Below are positions 58,271-64,000 of a stretch of 64,000 nucleotides of DNA, in pieces. The notes below the pieces were generated by a model. The model was given only the letters and a program-made list of their open reading frames with translations, did not search any database and was not told the DNA's origin. The DNA is taken from NCBI GenBank assembly GCA_963575745.1, contig CAUYUJ010000248.1, positions 372,001-436,000 on the forward strand, in the 5' to 3' direction. Position numbers and translations under genes: made by a program. This DNA is from Prorocentrum cordatum (taxonomy: Eukaryota). Within the stretch, counting starts at the first letter, position 1, and each line of letters begins with the position of its first letter.

Positions 58271-61200
58271 TTGCGAGGCGGCGACGGGACAGCGACGGCG
58301 ACGACGGGGCGGCGACGGCGAGCGCGGAACCGCCAGACACGCCCAGACGATGGTCGGCGATGAGGCGGCGTCTAGGCGGCGACTGCGGCTACATAGCCGC
58401 CCGACCGAAGACACGGCCCAGTTCCTTACAGCAGAAGTAAGAACCCTTAGGTGCAAGCACTGTTTTGGGGAATGTATGCATATGTATATATGCCTCTCGC
58501 TCTCTATCTGTATCTCTCTCTCTCTGTTGTTTTCTTCCCCTCTCTCGCTACCTATATATATATATATATACAGACCTAGTAATATACCTCTCGTTCTATC
58601 TCTCCACTGTGACTATATACAGGTGAAAAGATATACACACGCCTGCACATGTAAATGCACATGTGTACAGATACATACGTGTGTGTGATGTGTTGTGTCC
58701 GTGTGGGCTTATATTTCTCTGTCTCTCTCGTTCGCGCTCCTTCTCTCGCGCGCGACCTCTCCCTTCTCGTCGGTTCATATACCAAACGGAGTGCCTGCAC
58801 TCGCAGGTGCCAGTTGCTCTGCTTCTGTTTCGGCCTGTCCTTGCTCCTCATCCCGTCATGACGTTGCTCGGCTTTCCTAGAGCATACAAGCGCCATTGAA
58901 GAGCTTCTTCCGTTTTGCATTCAGCGTGAAAGTGTGAGACGCATCGCCCAGTCGCTGACGTCGCTAAAATAGTTGATATGTTGCTTGTCCATGTGCTTTA
59001 CGTTTCAGGGCGACTGCGTGGAGGCCCACGAATGGTTCATACTGAGTGTTGCTGAGTGTTGCATGGAGTTCTCACGAGCACTGGCGTATCCAACAGACCC
59101 GTCACAATCGTCAATGTTAATCGTTTATATGATCTGTCGCCGAAGATTTGATTTCGGGAAGACTAGCGCAGGCTTCATCCACATTATTATCATCATTGAG
59201 CTGTCCTATTCGTCGCCGATGCGTTCCATCAGTTTCATCCCGTCTGCTACAATCCGCCTTCGGCTTGCCAGCTACGCAAGCCACGTACATAGTACGTACG
59301 TTTGTTTCATTTCTCTCTCTCTCTCTTTCTGTCTCTCTCTTTCTCTCTCTCTCTCTCTTTTTCTATTTGTGTTGTTGTTGTTTTCCTCTCTCTCTATATA
59401 TATATATACATGTATCGCTATCGCTCTGTCTCGTGGGTTTCGGCCTATCTCGCCATCGTGCCTGGGTTGTGGACAAGGCTATCGGATGTTTGGGGGAACC
59501 TCTTCCATAGCTTCTTGCAGGCCTCTGTGGGCCCTCTTGGGGTGGGAGGCTCCGAATGGCAACCGGATTTCCATCTTGGGCACCTGGGAGGCCTTTGGGG
59601 CCCTCGTGATGCTCTCGAAGGGGCCTCTTGGGCCGTCTTGGACGCTCCTGAGACTGCACAGATAGTCGTACTCGGGCTGGCCCCCAGGGCCTCCGAGACA
59701 GCCCCAGAGGCAAGAGCGCCCACCGGGGCCTCCGAGAAGTCGCGCGGCGATGCCCGCGTGCGCACGAGAGCGGCCAGGGACTTCTGCGGCGCCGGGATGC
59801 GCCGGGGAATATCGACTACGCCTGCGGCGAAGCGCCCGCTTCGGCACAGCCGAGCTGACATGAGGGCCACTGGGGGCTCCGGAGGAGCTCTGGGCTTCGG
59901 GCCGTGCCCCAGATCCAGGTCGGGGAAACGAGAGTCGAGGCCGAGGCTCGACGTGGCCAGGAGAGCCCCTTCGCGTCCGATTCGGCGCTCCTGCCGTCCG
60001 CACCGCGGCGGCAGCTGCGCGCCCTCCTCGCGCTGCCGTGGGGCCTGCCAGGAGCGTCTGCTTGGAGGCGCCTGCGGAGGCCCGTGTGGGGGCCGTCCTG
60101 GGGCCCGGGAGCCCGCGCGGCCGGCACGCGGGCTCTCGCGGAGGGCGGGGGCCTGCCAGGGGTCTAGGGGAGAAGAAGCGCGGGCTCTGACCAGGGTGTC
60201 GCGGGGCTTTGTCGGAGGAGGAGGAGGAGGAGCCGTCTGGGGACCCTCTGGAGAGCCTCCATGGCGCTGGCCATGACCAAGGCGTCGCGGGTTTTGTCGA
60301 CGCCGATCTTGGCTATGGTCCATGCCGGCCGTCGCCGATTCGCGAGGATGGTCCCCGGAATTGATGATGACCAAGATGGACTGTCACCAAGATCGACACG
60401 ACGTTTCCGCGTTCAGTCTTGGTCATGACCCTTGCTCCCTTCCCCTCCAGAAATCTTTCTGGCTGCTCTTCAATTGAACACACGCGGGGGGTGGGGGGGA
60501 GCAAAAAGTATTCAAAGCCTTTCCTCTAGAGGTATTTGCGGGCTTCTCGGCCTCCTTCAGGCGCCCTCTTGGCCTGTACAGGTGCTCGCTGGGGCCGTCC
60601 TGGGGCTGTTTATCCGTCTTGGAGTCGTCTTGGAGCTGGCTGGGTCCGTCTGGGGCTCTCCTGGGCCCCTCTTGGGCCAGTTTGGGACGCCCGCTAACAA
60701 GCCAGGCCGCTCGGGACCAACGTAGTGATACATCATTTTTCCACGTATAGGGAAATTTGATTGTATTAGGTATTAGTGCTGCTTCACTCCGCGCACGCTG
60801 GCTCGCATCCGTCGGCTGCAGAAGAACGCAAGACTTGGCTGGCGGGCAGCGCTGGCAGCTGAGCTCTCAAGGCGCCTAGAGGCCCAGACGCGGCCGAGAA
60901 CCCGCCAGAAGCGTCTGGAAACTTCGGTCACCCCCAGGGGCGCGAAGATAATCGTGCTTCGCGCTTCGCGGCCTGGGCCGGAGAGATTGCACTCCTCCAA
61001 GGGGGGCTTCACGGGGGCACGAGGGCTCGAAGATCGCGCATCGCGGGGCGCGATGCGCGATGCCTCCTTGTCGCAACTCCCGCGGCAGGTCGCGGGTCAC
61101 GTCGGGTCGCGGGCGCGCCCTGGGGTCATCGCGACGGGGCGGTCTACGAAGGGCGGTCACCGTCGCTCGCTTGGCCAGCTCGGTTCGGAAGCCTCCGTCG

Positions 61201-62599
61201 CGAGTTTTATTTGAGCTGGTTCAGATGTCCCAGTCGCGCCCCCCTGGGCGCCACTGGTTGGGCCCACCGACTTGTGCAGTCCATCTTTGCGGAGCCCGCC
61301 AGGTCGACTCGAGGCCGACGCGGCCACCTTTCCGCCACGTCGATCTCAGGCGACGGCGGCGCCCTGCCCAGCGGGTCGGCGGGCGGTCGGAGCTCTTTGC
61401 TGGTTGCTCTTGGGCCCCAGGCGCGCTGGTTGGCAGTACGTTCGCAGATCCCATATAGATCTCAAGCAGATCCCAACGCGCTTCCCATCCACATGCTCAT
61501 TCGATCCCATACGACTCCATTGAAAGAGAAGTTCCGAGTTGGTCAGTTGTTCATGTCATCGTGTGGGATATGTTGAAAATGTAGATCGGAAGTGCATTGG
61601 GGCCCATTTTGGATCTATATGGGATCCGTGAAAGCACACGCAGTCCTTGCAACGAGGCGTTTCCTAGCGCGGCCCCAACTGCTCCCCGAGCTTTTCGAAG
61701 AATTGTCAAGGTTGCCCAGACGCCGCCAGGCGCTTGCGACCGCAGGCGCTCCCGAGGTGCCGCCAGGCGTTTCCACGCGTCTCCATGTGGGCACCCGCGC
61801 GGCTCGCAACTCGCACCAGTAGTTCAGCGTCCACCAGGTGAGCGCGGCGGATGAGCGCCGCGCCTGCCAGCCCCCTTCCTCTCCCGGAAGAGTTTCTCGA
61901 ATGGGCGTTGTTGATTGAAAATGGGGCGCTCGGTAGAGGAGAGAGGAGTCGTTCGTGCACTCGCATAGTCCGCTGGCTCTCGGGGCGTGGGGGCTAGGAA
62001 GCCCCTCGACCCCCGAGGAGCCCCGAAGGTAGCAGAATGGCGCCCCGAGGTGCAGCGGTACGCGCACCCCGAGTGGTCCAGGACGGTCTCAACACCTCAA
62101 CCCTAGGGCGCAGAGCGCCCCAGTAGCGCCGCTGGCGGCGGCGCCAGGGTGTTGAGACTGCGCTCAACTATTCGGGGGGTCTGCTGAGGCCAGCCAGGAC
62201 TACTCGGGGGGCCTGCTCACGCCAGCCAGGCTGCCTGGGGGTGCTGCATACGCGCAACCCGAAGCCTTGCCACGAGGTGCGGCGGTGCGCGCACCGAGCC
62301 CGAGCTCGAGTCCGAGCCCGAGCACAAGCCAGAGCCCGATCCTAGAAGCCCGAGCCCGATCCCCGAGCCCGATCCTCTGAGGCCCAGCCCGGTTCCGAGC
62401 CCGACCCCCCGATCCGCCGAGCCCGAGCACGAGGGCAGTGGCCCGACGCCCGGAGGTGCGGCGGTACGCGCACCCCACTGAGTTCGCTTTCTTCGGGCCG
62501 CTGCCCGAGCCGACGCTTGGCAGGCGCACCGCTCGGGGGGGCGCGCGCGCGCGGGCCGCCTGCCCGCGCGCCTGACTGGAGAGGCATATCCAATAGGGA

Positions 62600-64000
<1,401 letters not shown>

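Noticed and set aside
62047..62480. Three copies of GAGGTGC(A/G)GCGGT(A/G)CGCGCACC hairpin as a repeat-spacer array
   Set aside because: Only three copies with irregular ~180-230-bp spacing filled by GAGCCC low-complexity sequence. More likely a decayed repeat.

Overview
This is GC-rich, repeat-dominated eukaryotic nuclear DNA from a dinoflagellate. An exact 22-nt dinoflagellate spliced leader (TCCGTAGCCATTTTGGCTCAAG) lies at 22428-22449. The only plausible host gene is the 3' end of a 2OG-Fe(II) dioxygenase at the left edge; the rest is mostly decayed transposable elements and simple repeats. (i) Two head-to-tail non-LTR retrotransposons sit inside one (CCT)n tract: an old 8.3-kb element with ORF1, an EN-RT ORF2 and a C-terminal cytosine-methyltransferase-like domain, and a young 3.9-kb EN-RT-CCHC element broken by a single lesion. 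(ii) There are tandem HSP90 middle-domain pseudogene fragments, interrupted by small CT...AG-ended MITEs with 3-bp TSDs. (iii) A spliced-leader-capped retrocopy follows. (iv) A third decayed LINE carries a Leu-body/UGA-anticodon tRNA-like sequence. (v) A sharply bounded 5.2-kb tyrosine-recombinase retrotransposon has A1-B1-A2-B2 split direct repeats, an ATCAT recombination core and a near-intact DNMT-like cargo. (vi) A decayed Merlin/IS1595-type transposase has an unknown upstream ORF. Satellites (101-bp, 89-bp, 14-bp composite) and long CCT/CAT/GAC/TATG tracts fill the remainder. All protein calls rest on motif recognition by eye, and no searches were run.
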